Shown: in pieces, positions 9,462-19,629 of the stretch
Layout of the letters: each line of letters starts with the position of its first letter
Numbering within the stretch: the stretch's first letter is position 1
Source of the DNA: Bacillota bacterium
GTDB lineage: Bacteria; Bacillota; Sulfobacillia; JAJZIM01
Assembly (NCBI GenBank): GCA_021810565.1
Contig: JAJZIM010000012.1
Location: forward strand, 325-64,324
Length of the DNA: 64,000 nt
Reading direction: 5' to 3'
Notes under the pieces: generated by a model
What the model was told of the DNA's origin: nothing
The model's input: the letters and a program-made list of their open reading frames with translations, nothing else
The model's database searches: none
Position numbers and translations under genes: made by a program

Positions 9462-10871
9462 TTGAACGGCATCGTCAAATGGTTCGACGAGCGCACGGGT
9501 TGGGCCAAGGGGATCCAGGAGTACATGGTCCACCCGGTGCCGCGCCTGGTGAGTCCTTTGGATTTTCTGGGCGTGGCGGCGCTGTTCTTGTTCATCAACC
9601 AGGCCGTGACCGGCATCTTCCTGGCCATGTTCTACGTGCCCTCGGCCGCGTCCTACGCGCCGCATCCGTCCCTGTCCATGGCCTACGAGAGCATCCTGTT
9701 CATCATGTACAAGGTACCTCTGGGCTGGGTGGTGCGCGACCTGCACTTCTGGGGCGCCAACCTGATGGTGATCATTGTGGTGACCCACATGCTGCGGGTT
9801 TTCTACGAGGGAGCGTACAAGAAGCCGCGAGAGGTCACCTGGTGGGCCGGGGTTGGGCTCATTTTGATCACCCTAGCCTTGGCCTTCACCGGCTACCTCT
9901 TGCCCTGGGACCAGCAGTCCTTCTGGGCCACCGCCGTGGGTACGGCCATGTTCAAGTTCGCGCCGTTCCTGGGCCACTGGCTGATGACCCTATTCCAGGG
10001 CGCCGAGTTCACCAACAGCCTGACCCTGACCAGGTTCTACTCCCTGCACATGCTGCTCTTGCCAGCGCTGCTGGTGCTGCTCTTCGCCGTGCACTTCACC
10101 ATGGTGCTCAAGCAGGGGATGTCCTTCATCGAGGAGGGGGAGGGCGCACCCAAGCAGAAGACGGTGCCCTTCTATCCCTACACGGCCTTCCAGATGAACA
10201 TCGTGGTGCTGGCCACGGCGGCGGTGCTGCTGTTCATGGCCGCGGAGTACCTGGCGCCCCTGGTGGCGCCGGCGGATCCCCTGAACAAGGCCATGTACGT
10301 GCCGATCCCGCTGTGGTACTTCTTCTGGGTGTACCAGTTCCTGAAGTTCATACCCTACTACCTGGATCCGGTGGGGATCATCGTGATCCCGGGGATCGCC
10401 GTGCTGGCCCTTTTGGCCCTGCCCCTCCTCGACCGGGGGACGCACCGGGAGGCCTCCCGGCGCAAGCCCATCATCGCGGCGGGCGGGTTGGCGGTGGCGG
10501 CCCTGGTGTGGCTTACCTACCTGGGCTTCGTCACGGTGCCTACCCCGCTGCCCAGCACCTTGGAGGCCCAGGCCCATCCCACCTTCTCCGGCACCGTGGA
10601 GCCGATCCTGTCGGGCAACTGCGTGTCCTGCCACGGGCCCACGGGGGGGAACATGGCGGGGCAGGACTTCACCACCTACGCCGGGGTGATGAAGGGCGGC
10701 AACGCCGGGAAGGTGGTGGTGCCCGGCAAGCCCGACCAGAGCAAGCTGGTGCTGGTGCTGACCGGCAAGGTGTCCGGGGTGCCCTCCATGCCGCTGGGTC
10801 GTGGGGCATTGCCCTCCGCCTGGATCCAGGACGTGGCCAAGTGGGTACAGCTGGGGGCCAAGAACGACTAG
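9462..10871 (+). CDS. qcrB: Cytochrome b of the bc complex, a single 469-aa polypeptide that appears to fuse cyt b6, subunit IV and a C-terminal mono-haem cytochrome c domain (CVSCHG)
   Basis: TTG start with a ggaaagggggaaggg RBS. It carries His-rich TM helices typical of cyt b (WGANLMV, THMLR, PWDQ). The C-terminal third has a CxxCH motif. Confidence 0.8.
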   Translation: MNGIVKWFDERTGWAKGIQEYMVHPVPRLVSPLDFLGVAALFLFINQAVTGIFLAMFYVPSAASYAPHPSLSMAYESILFIMYKVPLGWVVRDLHFWGANLMVIIVVTHMLRVFYEGAYKKPREVTWWAGVGLILITLALAFTGYLLPWDQQSFWATAVGTAMFKFAPFLGHWLMTLFQGAEFTNSLTLTRFYSLHMLLLPALLVLLFAVHFTMVLKQGMSFIEEGEGAPKQKTVPFYPYTAFQMNIVVLATAAVLLFMAAEYLAPLVAPADPLNKAMYVPIPLWYFFWVYQFLKFIPYYLDPVGIIVIPGIAVLALLALPLLDRGTHREASRRKPIIAAGGLAVAALVWLTYLGFVTVPTPLPSTLEAQAHPTFSGTVEPILSGNCVSCHGPTGGNMAGQDFTTYAGVMKGGNAGKVVVPGKPDQSKLVLVLTGKVSGVPSMPLGRGALPSAWIQDVAKWVQLGAKND

Positions 10872-10886
10872 CGATTAAAAAGACGA

Positions 10887-10915
10887 GGAGCCGGGCGGTC
10901 CGGCTCCTTCGCTTT
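10887..10915. terminator. Bidirectional hairpin between the convergent qcrB and the small minus-strand genes
   Basis: GGAGCCGG-gcggt-CCGGCTCC followed by a TTCGCTTT tail. Confidence 0.4.
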
Positions 10916-11120
10916 AGGTCTTGGCGATGCTGGCGATATCCCGGATCACCACCTCGGTGGATAGGATGCTGCCGGTGGGGGAACAGGTTGCCAGGATCAG
11001 GTAGGAGCAGTCGATGACGCCGGACAAAAGGCCGGTGATGGTCACGCCGTTGTTCAGCAGGATCGCCACGTTGTCGCCTACCAGGCTCGCCAGCAAGGTG
11101 CAAAAAGGGGTCCAATTCAC
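10914..11120 (-). CDS. Small conserved hypothetical protein, paralog 1 of 3 (motif FCTLL..LVGDNVAILLNNGVTITG..DCSYL)
   Basis: 68-aa ORF. It shares a roughly 55-aa core with the next two genes. Confidence 0.5.
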   Translation of the reverse strand: MNWTPFCTLLASLVGDNVAILLNNGVTITGLLSGVIDCSYLILATCSPTGSILSTEVVIRDIASIAKT

Positions 11121-11180
11121 GGCCAGGCACCTCCTTCGGGAAGGCGGGGCGTCCGCCCGGGCGGGGGTGGGGTAGGGCTC

Positions 11181-11447
11181 TCAGGTCTTGGCGATGGTGG
11201 CGATGCTGCGGATCACCACGTAGCTGGAGGTGATGACACCGCTGACGCAGGTCTGCAGGGTGAGGTAGGAGCAGTCGTTGACCGCGGAGAGCATGCCGGT
11301 GATGGTCACGCCGTTGGTCAAGAGGATCGCCACGTTGTCCCCCACCAGGGTGGTGAGGAAGGTGCAGAAAGGTCCCCAGCAGAAGCCGGGGTCGTTGCCG
11401 TTGGCCATGTTTTTCCCTCCTTTCGTTGCGTTCGGCGCGCTGCCCAA
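11181..11447 (-). CDS. Small conserved hypothetical protein, paralog 2 of 3
   Basis: 88-aa ORF with the same core as paralog 1 (FCTFLTTLVGDNVAILLTNGVTITGMLSAVNDCSYLTLQTC) plus a short N-terminal extension. Confidence 0.5.
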   Translation of the reverse strand: MGSAPNATKGGKNMANGNDPGFCWGPFCTFLTTLVGDNVAILLTNGVTITGMLSAVNDCSYLTLQTCVSGVITSSYVVIRSIATIAKT

Positions 11448-11454
11448 GGGCAGG

Positions 11455-11886
11455 TCAGGTTTGCCGACAATTCGAGGGGACGGCGGAGGTCTTGGCGACG
11501 GTGTAGACGGCGGCCAAGGGGACGTAGCTGGAGGCCAGGGCGCCGCTGGGGGTGCAGGTCTGCAAGGTGAGGTAGGAGCAGTCGTTGACCGCGGATAGCA
11601 GACCGGAGAGGGTGGTGCCGCCGGCCAGCAGCAGCACCACGTTGTTGCCCACCAGGCCGGCTAGGAAGCTGCAGAATGGTCCGGAGGCGAAACCGGTGGC
11701 GCCTCCCGCCAACCAGGGCGGCGGCGGGTCGGGGGCGCCGGGCGGCGCCGTCACCGGCCAGGGGATGCCGCCTCCCCCACCACTCGCCACCTTCATGCTT
11801 TGAGCACAGGGATCGGCAGCCGGCAGTTCGTGGGCGCTGGGCTCCGCCGGCAGCTCGGACCGCTCTTCAGGCGTCCTTTCGTCCAT
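11455..11886 (-). CDS. Small conserved hypothetical protein, paralog 3 of 3, with an added Pro/Gly/Ala-rich N-terminal extension
   Basis: 143-aa ORF. The C-terminal 60 aa are homologous to the two downstream genes. The start is uncertain. Confidence 0.45.
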   Translation of the reverse strand: MDERTPEERSELPAEPSAHELPAADPCAQSMKVASGGGGGIPWPVTAPPGAPDPPPPWLAGGATGFASGPFCSFLAGLVGNNVVLLLAGGTTLSGLLSAVNDCSYLTLQTCTPSGALASSYVPLAAVYTVAKTSAVPSNCRQT

Positions 11887-11997
11887 GGCGATCGCGCTCC
11901 TTTGATCTCGGGATGGGGCCGCCGCAGGACCCTCGCCCCCGGCTCGATCCCAGTTTATGTGCCGTTGGCAGGTTTGGTGTCACGCCACGGACGGGGA

Positions 11998-12025
11998 TTG
12001 CACCTGCCGGCGCTAATGGTATAAT
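11998..12025 (+). promoter_or_regulatory. SigmaA promoter candidate with an extended -10 (TTGCAC-N16-TGgTATAAT) for the hom-thrC-thrB-lysC operon
   Basis: Near-consensus hexamers sit about 55 nt upstream of the hom GTG start. Confidence 0.4.
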
Positions 12026-12081
12026 GAACGTCGTTCGACATTTGACCAGTCGGCCGGCCGGCCGTAGGAAGGCGGACGCAC

Positions 12082-13356
12082 GTGCTTAAGATCGGCCTTT
12101 TGGGTCTGGGAACCGTGGGAACGGGCGTGCTGGAGGTGCTGGAGCAAAACCGCGCCAAGATCGAGCGCCGCGCCGGCGGGCCGCTGCGCGTGGCGCGTGC
12201 TTTGGTGCGGGATCCCGCCCGCCACTCCGGCAAGCCGGTGGAGCTCACCACCCGGGCGGCGGACGTGCTGGAGGACCCGGACATCCAGATCGTGGTGGAG
12301 GTAATGGGCGGACTGGAGCCCGCCCGCAGCTATATGCTGGAGGCCCTGGGTCGCGGCAAGGCGGTGGTGACCGCCAACAAGGAGGCGGTGGCCGAGGCGG
12401 GCAGCGAGCTGTTCGCGGCGGCCGAACGGGGGCGCTCGGACCTTTTCTTCGAAGCCAGCGTGGCGGGAGGCATCCCCATCATCCACGCGCTGAAGGAGAG
12501 CCTGGCGGCCAATCGGATCACCGAGGTGCTGGGCATCGTCAACGGCACCACCAACTACATCCTGTCCCAGATGAGCCTGAAGGGGCGGGAGTTCGCCGAG
12601 GCCCTGGCCGAGGCCCAGGCCAAGGGCTACGCCGAGGCCGATCCCACCGCGGATGTGGAGGGCCACGACGCCGCCCGCAAGCTGGCCATTCTGGCCTCCA
12701 TCGCTTTCGAGGCCCGGGTCAAGCCGGAGCACGTGCCTACCCAGGGCATCGCCGGGATCACCCAGCGGGACATCCGGTACGCCCGGGAGCTGGGCTACGC
12801 GGTGAAGCTCCTGGCCCTGGCGCGGGAGGAGGAGGGGGAACTGGAGGCCGGGGTATATCCCGCGCTGTTGCCGTCGGAGCACCCCCTGAGCGCCGTCCAC
12901 GACGCCTTCAACGCCATCTTCCTGCGGGGGGACGCCTGCGGGGAGGCCATGTTCTATGGTCGGGGCGCCGGCGCGCATCCCACGGCCAGCGCGGTCCTGG
13001 GGGACGTGGTGGACGCGGCCCGCCACCTGCGCATGGGGGGACGCGCGGTGGCCTGCACCTGCTACCACCCGTTGCACCGCAAGGCCCGGGGCACCACCCC
13101 GCGGCGCCACTACCTGCGGCTGATCCTGGAGGACCGACCCGGGGTGTTGGCCCAGGTGGCCCGAGCCTTCGGCGACCAGGGGGTCAGCCTCACCACGGTG
13201 CTGCAGAAGGCCATGGTGGGAGAACTGGCCGAGGTGGTGTTCCTGACCCATTTGGCCAGCGACGTCCGGATCGAGGCGGCCTTGGGCGCCCTGAGCAAGC
13301 TGGCCTCGGTGGGAGCGGTGGGCAACTGGTTGCGAATCGAGGGGGAGCGGGGATGA
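12082..13356 (+). CDS. hom: Homoserine dehydrogenase
   Basis: [19 protein letters not shown]-binding N-terminus, a catalytic domain, and a C-terminal ACT-like region. Confidence 0.9.
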   Translation: MLKIGLLGLGTVGTGVLEVLEQNRAKIERRAGGPLRVARALVRDPARHSGKPVELTTRAADVLEDPDIQIVVEVMGGLEPARSYMLEALGRGKAVVTANKEAVAEAGSELFAAAERGRSDLFFEASVAGGIPIIHALKESLAANRITEVLGIVNGTTNYILSQMSLKGREFAEALAEAQAKGYAEADPTADVEGHDAARKLAILASIAFEARVKPEHVPTQGIAGITQRDIRYARELGYAVKLLALAREEEGELEAGVYPALLPSEHPLSAVHDAFNAIFLRGDACGEAMFYGRGAGAHPTASAVLGDVVDAARHLRMGGRAVACTCYHPLHRKARGTTPRRHYLRLILEDRPGVLAQVARAFGDQGVSLTTVLQKAMVGELAEVVFLTHLASDVRIEAALGALSKLASVGAVGNWLRIEGERG

Positions 13357-14411
13357 GCTGGCGGGGTGTGGTGGAGGAGTTCCGCGGCTTCTTGCCCCTG
13401 GACGCGGCGTGGGAGCCGGTCTCCCTGCGGGAGGGGAACACGCCGCTCATCCCGGTGCCGGGGCTTTTGGGCGGCGAGCGGGAACTGTACCTCAAGTTCG
13501 AGGGGATGAACCCCACCGGTTCCTTCAAGGACCGCGGCATGGCCGTGGCGGTGACCGCGGCCCGGGGCCAGGGCGCCCGCATCACCGTTTGCGCCTCCAC
13601 GGGCAACACCGCGGCGGCGGCCGCCGCCTACTCCGCCCGGGCGGGTCTGCGGTCGGTGGTGGTGATCCCGGAGGGCAAGATCGCCCGGGGCAAGCTGGCC
13701 CAGTCCCTGCTGTACGGAGCGGCGGTGCTGGCCCTGGAGGGCAACTTCGACGCCGCCCTGGCCCTAGTGCGTCGCTTGGTGGAGCGGCGCCCCGACGTGG
13801 CGCTGGTCAACTCGGTGAACCCCTACCGGCTGGAGGGACAGAAGACGGCGGCCTTCGAGGTGGTGGATGCCCTGGGCGGCGTGCCGGACTATTTGGCCAT
13901 CCCCGTGGGCAACGCCGGGAACATCACCGCCTACTGGAAGGGTTTCCGGGAATACCGGGACGCGGGGCGCACTCCCGGCGTGCCCTGCATGCTGGGCTTC
14001 CAGGCCGAGGGGGCCGCGCCGCTGGTGCGGGGGGTTCCGGTGGAGCATCCCGAGACGGTGGCCACGGCCATCCGCATCGGCAATCCCGCCAGCTGGCAGG
14101 GTGCCGTGGCGGCGGCCCGGGATTCGGGCGGCGGCATTTTTTCGGTCACCGACGCCCAGATCCTGGCCGCCTATCGCCTTTTGGCCTCCCGAGTCGGCAT
14201 CTTCGCGGAGCCGGCCTCCGCGGCCGCCCTGGCGGGGGTGTTGCAGCTCGAGCGCACCGGTCGGCTGGCCCCCCGGGCGCGGGTGGTGGCGGTGCTGACT
14301 GGCCACGGCCTGAAGGACCCGGACACGGCCATCGACCAGGCCGGCGCCCCGCGCCATGTGAGCGCCGAGGTGGACGCGCTGGAGGAGGCCGTGGACCATT
14401 GGTCCGCGTGA
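13353..14411 (+). CDS. thrC: Threonine synthase
   Basis: The start overlaps the hom stop (ATGA). The PLP-fold motif [15 protein letters not shown] is present. Confidence 0.9.
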   Translation: MSWRGVVEEFRGFLPLDAAWEPVSLREGNTPLIPVPGLLGGERELYLKFEGMNPTGSFKDRGMAVAVTAARGQGARITVCASTGNTAAAAAAYSARAGLRSVVVIPEGKIARGKLAQSLLYGAAVLALEGNFDAALALVRRLVERRPDVALVNSVNPYRLEGQKTAAFEVVDALGGVPDYLAIPVGNAGNITAYWKGFREYRDAGRTPGVPCMLGFQAEGAAPLVRGVPVEHPETVATAIRIGNPASWQGAVAAARDSGGGIFSVTDAQILAAYRLLASRVGIFAEPASAAALAGVLQLERTGRLAPRARVVAVLTGHGLKDPDTAIDQAGAPRHVSAEVDALEEAVDHWSA

Positions 14412-15298
14412 GCGTCCCGGCCACCAGCGCCAATCTGGGTCCGGGGTTCGACACCTTCGGCCTGGCCTTGGAGTTGCGCAACACTCTGGCCCTGGAGGAG
14501 GCCGCCGCGCCCGAGGTGCATTTCACGGGGGAGGGGGCCGAGGTCCTGGGCCGGGAGGCCTCCAACCTGGTGCTCGAGGCGGTGGCCGCCCTCTACCGCC
14601 AGGTGGGCCGGCCGACGCCTACGCTGCGGCTGAGGGTGGAGAGCCGGGTGCCCCTGGCCCGTGGCCTGGGTTCCAGCGCCACGGCCATCGTGGGAGGGCT
14701 GGTGGCGGCTCGGGCCCTGGCGGGCGTCCCGTTGTCCGACACCGAGCTGTTCCAATTGGCGGACCGCATCGAGGGCCATCCGGACAACGTCGCCCCGGCC
14801 CTTTGGGGCGGCGCGGTGTTGGCCTGGCGCTCCGGGCAGCGGGTGCACGCCCGCCGCCTGGGAGTGCCGCCCCAGCTCGCGGCGGCGGTGGCGGTGCCCG
14901 AGACCGCGGTGCCGACCGAGCGGTCCCGGGCGGTGCTCCCGGCAACGGTGCCCCTGGCGGACGCCGTGTTCAACCTGGGGCGCTCGGCCCTGCTGGCCAC
15001 CGCCTTGTTGACCGGGGAGCTGGAGCTGCTGCGAGACGCCACCCAGGACCGGCTGCACCAGCCGTACCGGGCGGCCCTGGTGCCCGGCCTGGAGGAGGTT
15101 CTGGCGGCCGCCCGCGGGGCGGGGGCCCTGGGCGCCGCCCTGTCCGGCTCGGGATCCGCGGTGCTGGCCCTGGGGCGGGGGGACCTGACGGCGGTGGCGG
15201 CGGGCATGGCGGACGCTTTCCGGGCCGCTGGCGTAGGATGCCGCACCTGGTGTTTGGAGGTGTCCCGGGAGGGCGCCCGGGTGGAGGAGGCAGGGTAG
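14408..15298 (+). CDS. thrB: Homoserine kinase
   Basis: GTG start overlapping the thrC stop (GTGA). It has the GHMP kinase motifs [15 protein letters not shown] and [10 protein letters not shown]. Confidence 0.85.
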   Translation: MSVPATSANLGPGFDTFGLALELRNTLALEEAAAPEVHFTGEGAEVLGREASNLVLEAVAALYRQVGRPTPTLRLRVESRVPLARGLGSSATAIVGGLVAARALAGVPLSDTELFQLADRIEGHPDNVAPALWGGAVLAWRSGQRVHARRLGVPPQLAAAVAVPETAVPTERSRAVLPATVPLADAVFNLGRSALLATALLTGELELLRDATQDRLHQPYRAALVPGLEEVLAAARGAGALGAALSGSGSAVLALGRGDLTAVAAGMADAFRAAGVGCRTWCLEVSREGARVEEAG

Positions 15299-15301
15299 GG
15301 T

Positions 15302-16516
15302 TTGGCGGTGCTGGTGCAGAAATTCGGGGGCAGTTCGGTGGCGGACGCGGGGCGCATCCGCGCGGTGGCCAACCGGGTGGCTGCGGCGGTGCGCCGGGGC
15401 GATCAGGTGGCGGTGGTGGTGTCGGCCATGGGGGACACCACGGACGAACTGCTGGAGTTGGCCGCGGCGGTCAACCCCGCTCCTCCCGGCCGGGAACTGG
15501 ACGCGCTTTTGGCCAGCGGGGAGCAGGTGTCGGCGGCCCTGGTGTCCATGGCTCTGGCGGCCCAAGGGATCAGGGCCGTCAGCCTATGCGGCTGGCAGGC
15601 GGGCATCCACACCGACCGCTGCCACCGCAAGGCCAGCATCCTGCACGTGGACCCGCGGCGGGTGCGTGAGGAGCTGGCGGCCGGTAAGGTGGCGGTGGTG
15701 GCTGGCTTCCAAGGCCTGGCCGACACCCAGGACGTGACGACCTTGGGCCGAGGCGGCTCGGACATGACCGCCGTGGCCCTGGCCTGCGCCCTGGAGGCCG
15801 CCGCCTGCGAGATCTACAGCGACGTGGAGGGGGTGTACACGGCCGACCCGCGCTTGGAGCCGGCGGCTCGGAAGCTGTCCCACCTGTCCTACGAGGAGAT
15901 GCTGGAGATGGCGAGCCTGGGAGCCCAGGTGCTGCAGGGGCGCGCCGTGGAGTACGCCATGCAGCACGGCGTGCGGATCCACGCCCGGTCCACCTTCAGC
16001 GAGGGGCCGGGAACCATGATCGAGGAGGCGAGGGAGATGGCGGTGGGTGCGGTGGTGAGCGGGGTGGCCCACGACGCCAAGGTGGCGAAGATCTGCCTCC
16101 TGGAGGTGCCGGATCGGCCGGGCATCGCCGAGCAGCTTTTCTCGGCCCTGGCGACCCGGCAGGTGAACGTGGACATGATCATCCAGAGCGTCAACCGCCA
16201 ACAGGTCAACGATCTGTGCTTCACTGTGTCCTGGGAAGACCTGCCCGCGGCGCGGGAGGTGTCCGAGGCGGTGGCGGCCCAGTTGGGGGCTACAGGGGTG
16301 ACTTGGGACGACCAGGTGGCCAAGGTGTCCGTGGTGGGGGCGGGTATGGCGGCCAACCCAGGGGTGGCGGCCACTTTGTTCGGCGCCCTGGCCCGGGAGG
16401 GCATCAACATCGAGATGATCAGCACCTCGGAGATCAAGATCTCCTGCCTGATACGCGCGGCCGAGGTGCAGCGGGCGGTGCGGGCGGTGCACCGGGCCTT
16501 CGACCTGGGGCGGTAG
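15302..16516 (+). CDS. lysC: Aspartate kinase (monofunctional, with two ACT domains)
   Basis: The MAVLVQKFGGSSV N-terminus and C-terminal ACT repeats are as in the LysC family. Confidence 0.9.
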   Translation: MAVLVQKFGGSSVADAGRIRAVANRVAAAVRRGDQVAVVVSAMGDTTDELLELAAAVNPAPPGRELDALLASGEQVSAALVSMALAAQGIRAVSLCGWQAGIHTDRCHRKASILHVDPRRVREELAAGKVAVVAGFQGLADTQDVTTLGRGGSDMTAVALACALEAAACEIYSDVEGVYTADPRLEPAARKLSHLSYEEMLEMASLGAQVLQGRAVEYAMQHGVRIHARSTFSEGPGTMIEEAREMAVGAVVSGVAHDAKVAKICLLEVPDRPGIAEQLFSALATRQVNVDMIIQSVNRQQVNDLCFTVSWEDLPAAREVSEAVAAQLGATGVTWDDQVAKVSVVGAGMAANPGVAATLFGALAREGINIEMISTSEIKISCLIRAAEVQRAVRAVHRAFDLGR

Positions 16517-16593
16517 CCGGCGTAGCCTTGCCCCTGTGTGCGCCAGATCACGGAAGTCGGGATCTGCCTGGCCTATACCGGGGGTGAGGAGGG

Positions 16594-16830
16594 ATGGCGG
16601 TGGAGGAGCAGGTGTTGGACGTCCGGGAGATGCCCCCCTGGGAGCGCCACCCGCGGATCCTGGAGACCTTCGAGGCCCTAGGGTCCGGGCAGAGCATGCT
16701 GCTGATCAACGACCACGATCCCATGGCCCTACATTACCAGTTCACGGCCGAGCATCCCGGGCAGTTCACCTGGGAGTACGTGCAGCAGTTCCACAAGGAT
16801 TGGCGGGTGCGGATCACCAGGGTGGGCTAA
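16594..16830 (+). CDS. DUF2249-domain small protein
   Basis: 78 aa containing PPWERHPRILETFEALGSGQSMLLINDHDP, which matches the DUF2249 signature. Confidence 0.5.
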   Translation: MAVEEQVLDVREMPPWERHPRILETFEALGSGQSMLLINDHDPMALHYQFTAEHPGQFTWEYVQQFHKDWRVRITRVG

Positions 16831-16908
16831 GCCCCGCCCTTTTTTTGGTCGGCAGGGGGTGCGGCCGAGGGTGGCGAAATCCCGGTCCACGAGAAAGGGG
16901 GAGGCGCT

Positions 16909-17316
16909 TTGGACGGCTTTTTCCTCCGGCACCGGCGGGTGCGGCGGGCGACCCTAAAGCTGATCCGCTCCCTGGACGAGGAGTGGGCCGATTTTCGGCC
17001 TACGCCGGGGTTGCCTACCGTGCTGGGCCTTTTGCGGCACCTGGCCCAGGCGGAGCGCTCCTTCGTCAGCGCCGCCACCGGCGGGGACTGGACCTCGCCT
17101 CCCGAGCCGGACTGCCTGGACCGGGTGCACCGCCAACTCGAGCGGCAGGGGGAGGAGGCCGAGCACCGCCTGCGGGGCGCCTCGCCGGACGAGGAAGCAG
17201 GCCTACTCCTGGAGCTGATGCTGGAGCACGAGTTGCACCACGCCGGTCAGCTGACCGTGTACCTGCGTTTGGGGGGAATGGCCCCGCCGCGGGAAGGCTA
17301 TAAACTTTCGCGATAA
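16909..17316 (+). CDS. DinB/YfiT-like (DinB_2) metal-dependent hydrolase-fold protein
   Basis: 135 aa with the His-containing motifs LRHLAQAE and HELHHAGQL typical of the DinB_2 superfamily. Confidence 0.5.
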   Translation: MDGFFLRHRRVRRATLKLIRSLDEEWADFRPTPGLPTVLGLLRHLAQAERSFVSAATGGDWTSPPEPDCLDRVHRQLERQGEEAEHRLRGASPDEEAGLLLELMLEHELHHAGQLTVYLRLGGMAPPREGYKLSR

Positions 17317-17658
17317 TTTGTTCGATAAACAAATAGGCGGGGGTGAGCCCAGATCATAGAGAAACGGGCCCTAAGAGAGGGAGGAGCGCGGTGGCACCGA
17401 CATCCATGCTCTTGGCGAGCTTTTTCGCCGGGCGCAACCTGCACAGCTACATCGAGACGCGCAGCGGCGGTCGGGAACTGAGGGTGCGCCTGGAGCAGGG
17501 CCAGATCACCCTGCGGGACGGCAAGATCCGGGAATATCGGCTGTCCCCGGGGGAGTCCGCCCGGCTGGGCAGCAATTGGCAAAATGAACTGGAGTCCAAG
17601 CTCCAGGGCCAAAACGTTGATCTTCTGGCCTGAGCATTGTATAATAGCTTCGACAGGT

Positions 17659-17735
17659 CGGGCTGTGGCGCAGATTGGTAGCGCGCTACCTTGGGGTGGT
17701 AGAGGTCGCGGGTTCAAGTCCCGCCAGTCCGACCA
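17659..17735 (+). tRNA. tRNA-Pro (anticodon GGG)
   Basis: 77-nt cloverleaf. Acceptor stem CGGGCTG/CAGTCCG, D stem GCGC/GCGC, anticodon stem CTACC/GGTAG with loop TTGGGGT, T stem GCGGG/CCCGC with TTCAAGT, and an encoded CCA. Confidence 0.85.
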
Positions 17736-17873
17736 TTGACCTTTGCAAGGCAATTCGGGAGTCATCCAAAGCCGCCTCGCCCCCCGGCAGGCGGCCGTGG
17801 CGTCTTTTTAGGGGGAAGGGCGCGGGGATTCCCAACGACTTTTGAAGGCGGGGGCAGCTTGGGAGGGAGCGCC

Positions 17874-18611
17874 ATGAGCGAGGAGCGGCGGGTGACGGAC
17901 CGGGTCGCGGCGGCGCAGACGCAGGACGGCGCGGGGGCCAGGGTGCGCCGCGCCATCGGTTCATCCCGCCTGCCCTACCTGGATCCCTTTCTGCTGCTGG
18001 ACGAGTTCAGCATCGCACCGCCGGCGGGCTTTCCCGACCATCCCCACCGCGGCTTCGAGCTGTTGACCTACGTCTTGGACGGGGAGTTGCACCACGCCGA
18101 CAGCACGGGGAACCGGGAGGTGCTGGGCGGCGGTGCGCTGCAGAAGATCCGGGTGGGACGCGGTTTGGTACACTCCGAGTTGCCCGGTCCCGGCGGCGCC
18201 CACGGACTGCAGCTTTGGGTGAATTTGCCGGCCGCCCGGAAGCAGGCCGAGCCGGAGTATCTCACCTTGCCGACGACGCCCGAGGTGTCGGACCCGCCTG
18301 CCAAACTGCGGCTGGTGGCGGGGGAGCGGACCTTGGTGAACTTTGAGCGTCCGCTGCTGTACTGGGACGTGACGTTGTCCCCCGGGGTCTTGCTTCGGCC
18401 GGTGCCCGCCGATTGGAGCTTGTTCACCTACGGCCTGGAGGGCACCGCCCGCTACGGACCCGAACGCCTGGCGGCGCCGGCGGGGGAGCTGTTGATCTGG
18501 TCAGCGGGAGACACCCTGCGGGTGGAGGCGACGCAGGAGACGCGATTCGTGGTGGTGGCCTCACCGCCCATCGGAGAACCGATGCACCGCTGGGGCCCCT
18601 TCGTGGATTGA
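17874..18611 (+). CDS. Pirin-family cupin protein
   Basis: ATG with a gggaggga RBS. The metal-binding motif FPDHPHRGFELLTYVLDGELHHADS is present. Confidence 0.8.
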   Translation: MSEERRVTDRVAAAQTQDGAGARVRRAIGSSRLPYLDPFLLLDEFSIAPPAGFPDHPHRGFELLTYVLDGELHHADSTGNREVLGGGALQKIRVGRGLVHSELPGPGGAHGLQLWVNLPAARKQAEPEYLTLPTTPEVSDPPAKLRLVAGERTLVNFERPLLYWDVTLSPGVLLRPVPADWSLFTYGLEGTARYGPERLAAPAGELLIWSAGDTLRVEATQETRFVVVASPPIGEPMHRWGPFVD

Positions 18612-18636
18612 GACCGCGGAGCACACCGCGGTTTTT
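18612..18636 (+). terminator. Rho-independent terminator after pirin
   Basis: ACCGCGG-agcaca-CCGCGGT followed by T6. Confidence 0.5.
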
Positions 18637-18691
18637 TAATGCCCCGGTCATCCTTCCGGGATATACTGGGTGCAAACCGGAGCAGGAGGCG

Positions 18692-19579
18692 ATGGACGTG
18701 GCCCTGGTGTCCGTGGTCATCCCGGCCTACAACGCGGCGGCCACCCTGCCGGCGGCCCTCGAGAGCCTCGTCGCCCAAACCTTCGCCGACTGGGAGGCCT
18801 GGGTGGTGGACGACGGCTCGACCGACGCCACCGCGCAGGTGGCCAAAGCCTTTTCGGACTCGCGGGTGCATTTTTTGCGCCAAGCCAATGCCGGCCCCAG
18901 CGCCGCGCGCAACCGAGGCTTGGCGGCGGCCGGGGGAGAGTGGGTGGCCTTCCTGGACGCCGACGACACCTTCGAGCCGGATAAATTGGCCCGGCAGCTG
19001 GCGGCGGCGGCCATTCACCCGGAGGCGGTGGCCATCACCTGCGACTGGCACCGCCCCGGCGTAGCCGTGGCGCCGGCACCGGCCGAGCTGCCCTGGCGGC
19101 GCTGGCGGGAGGCGGACCTTTGGTCCCTGAACCGCTTTCAGACCTCCACCGTGCTGGCCCGTCGGCAGGTCCTAACGCGGCTGGGCGGCTTCGATCCGAG
19201 CGTGGACGGTGCGGAGGACTGGGAGCTTTGGATCCGGCTGGCCGGCCAGGGGCCCGTGGTGCACCTCTTGTGGCCTTTGGTGGCCTACGCCGATTCCCCC
19301 GGCGGGGTCAGCAAGGATCTGGAGCGGGTCTACCGCTGCGGCGAGGTCATGCTCCGGCGGCATCTGGCGAACCTGCCTCCCCCTCGCCGGGCCGAGCTCT
19401 TGGCTTGGCACCACCTGCGCTTCGCCGTGGCCTTCCGCCTGGCCGGGGATCCGCGCTATCGCCGCTGCCTGAGGCCCCTGCGCTCGCCGGCGGCGTGGCC
19501 GGGCGCCTTGCGGGCCTTCTTCTTTCGCCTCGTGCCCTTCCTCTGGGGGCGGGTGCGCCGCCGGCTGTCCGCCGGATGA
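18692..19579 (+). CDS. Family-2 glycosyltransferase
   Basis: ATG with a gcaggagg RBS. The N-terminus carries the GT-A fold motifs VSVVIPAYNAAATL, VVDDGSTD and FLDADD. Confidence 0.75.
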   Translation: MDVALVSVVIPAYNAAATLPAALESLVAQTFADWEAWVVDDGSTDATAQVAKAFSDSRVHFLRQANAGPSAARNRGLAAAGGEWVAFLDADDTFEPDKLARQLAAAAIHPEAVAITCDWHRPGVAVAPAPAELPWRRWREADLWSLNRFQTSTVLARRQVLTRLGGFDPSVDGAEDWELWIRLAGQGPVVHLLWPLVAYADSPGGVSKDLERVYRCGEVMLRRHLANLPPPRRAELLAWHHLRFAVAFRLAGDPRYRRCLRPLRSPAAWPGALRAFFFRLVPFLWGRVRRRLSAG

Positions 19580-19629
19580 ACCGCCTCCGCAAGGATCGTC
19601 GCCACCCGGACATCCTATAGCCGGGAGGG

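Noticed and set aside
13409-15298. 629-aa ORF overlapping thrC
   Set aside because: It is the thrB frame read through the thrC coding region. Only the part from the GTG at 14408 matches homoserine kinase.
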